This document shows positions 22,990 through 24,000 of a stretch of DNA of 24,000 nt, piece by piece. Within the stretch, counting starts at the first letter, position 1. Each line of letters starts with the position of its first letter. Below the pieces are notes generated by a model. That model saw only the letters and a program-made list of their open reading frames with translations, had not been told where the DNA came from and did no database searches. The stretch covers positions 8,218 through 32,217 of the forward strand of contig CAZIFL010000034.1 of assembly GCA_964539095.1 (NCBI GenBank). The letters are read 5' to 3'. The position numbers were made by a program, and so were the translations under genes. Source of the DNA: an uncultured Synergistaceae bacterium (lineage in GTDB: Bacteria > Synergistota > Synergistia > Synergistales > Aminiphilaceae).

Positions 22990-24000
22990 ATGGCATTGCC
23001 TCAGACTATAGAATGGAGGAAGAACGCCCTTGTTCTCCTCGATCAGCGGACGCTCCCCGAGGAGGTCCGTTTTTTTTCGTGCCACACTGCGGAGGAGGTA
23101 GCCCAGGCCATCGAAACCATGGTGGTGCGAGGGGCTCCCGCCATCGGCATCGCCGCAGCTTACGGCCTGGTGCTGGAGGCCCATAAAGGAAAAGAGGCGG
23201 TGCAGGCCGCTTCGGAGCGGCTTGCACGAACCCGCCCTACGGCGGTGAACCTTTTTTGGGCATTGGAGCGGATGAAACAGCTATCGGAAGCTACGGAGAC
23301 TTCCCTGCTTTTCGACGCCCTTCTTTCGGAGGCCCGGAGGATTTTTGAAGAGGATCTCACCTCCTGCCGCGCCATGGGAGCCTTCGGGGCTTCCCTGCTT
23401 CCGGAAGAGGGAGATGTGATTACCCACTGCAACGCCGGAGCCCTTGCCACGGCGGGGCACGGTACTGCGCTGGGGGTTATCCGGAGCGCCGTGGAAGAGG
23501 GGAAGAAGATTCACGTCTACGCGGACGAAACCCGGCCGGTCCTTCAGGGGGCTCGGCTTACCCTCTGGGAACTTGAGGAGGACGGTATCCCCGTAACCCT
23601 TATGACCGATGGCATGGGGGCTTTTCTTATGGCTCGAAAGACGATCGCTGCGGTTATTGTGGGGGCGGATCGGATCACCGCCCGGGGGGATGTGGCGAAC
23701 AAGATCGGCACCTACGCTCTGGCAATTGCTGCCCGTCACCACGGAGTTCCCTTCTATGTGGCAGCCCCCCGGAGCACCGTGGATATGGCTCTTCAAAGGG
23801 GTGAGGACATTCCCATCGAAGAGCGTCACTCCGAAGAGGTACGCTCCTTTCAAGGGGGACGATCCTGCCGGAAAACGTCCTCAGTGTGGAACCCCGCCTT
23901 CGACGTGACCCCCCCGGAGCTGGTAACCGCTATTATCACCGAGAGGGGGATTTTGCGTCCCCCCTACGAAGAATCGCTTCAAAAGTGCATGCAAGACTAA
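22990..24000 (+). CDS. mtnA: S-methyl-5-thioribose-1-phosphate isomerase (eIF-2B alpha/beta/delta-like family)
   Basis: The internal ATG at 22990 of ORF 22921..24000 is 4 nt after the xseA stop. Motifs: LVLLDQRTLP, VRGAPAIGIAAAYG, RPTAVNLFWAL, THCNAGALAT, ETRPVLQGARLT, GADRITARGDVANKIGTY and NPAFDVTPPELVTAIITERG. The stop codon is the last three bases of the window. Confidence 0.9.
   Translation: MALPQTIEWRKNALVLLDQRTLPEEVRFFSCHTAEEVAQAIETMVVRGAPAIGIAAAYGLVLEAHKGKEAVQAASERLARTRPTAVNLFWALERMKQLSEATETSLLFDALLSEARRIFEEDLTSCRAMGAFGASLLPEEGDVITHCNAGALATAGHGTALGVIRSAVEEGKKIHVYADETRPVLQGARLTLWELEEDGIPVTLMTDGMGAFLMARKTIAAVIVGADRITARGDVANKIGTYALAIAARHHGVPFYVAAPRSTVDMALQRGEDIPIEERHSEEVRSFQGGRSCRKTSSVWNPAFDVTPPELVTAIITERGILRPPYEESLQKCMQD

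Noticed and set aside
1-24000. I looked for CRISPR arrays, transposases or integrases, tRNA/rRNA genes, toxin-antitoxin pairs and defence-system signatures.
   Set aside because: None was found. The intergenic gaps are short, all at most about 220 nt. There are no spaced direct-repeat arrays, no cloverleaf-like sequences and no recombinase motifs in any frame that I could recognise.

Overview
All 27 supported genes in this 24-kb chromosomal block are on the + strand. They are tightly packed, with many 1-30 nt overlaps or ATGA/GTGATG junctions. By eye the sequence is GC-rich (high 50s %). I saw no tRNA/rRNA, CRISPR array, transposase or integrase. Order: rsmB, a kinase-less PASTA protein, rpe, rodZ, rimO, a pgpA-like gene, cinA, thpR, recA. 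Next come a secreted tandem FN3-like protein with a Gly/Cys + TM + basic C-terminal tail, and a complete type IV pilus (T4P) locus on one strand: pilB, pilT, pilC, major pilin, one large minor pilin, pilM, pilN, pilO, a pilP-like gene and the pilQ secretin. The block ends with efp, a small zinc-ribbon ORF, asp23, a membrane ORF, nusB, xseA and mtnA. The C-terminal tail resembles the Synerg-CTERM sorting signal, which makes Synergistota a tentative source; this is a low-confidence guess. Most of the window is ordinary housekeeping and I found no clear new system. Points worth a second look: (1) the sorting-signal surface protein apparently coupled to pilB; (2) a tandem MshEN-type c-di-GMP motif in PilB; (3) a Firmicute-style single-locus T4P that also encodes a secretin; (4) a low-GC major-pilin cassette with its own promoter; (5) a PrkC-like ectodomain with no kinase in the prkC syntenic slot; (6) an Arg-type EF-P loop; (7) an apparent compensated double frameshift in mtnA.
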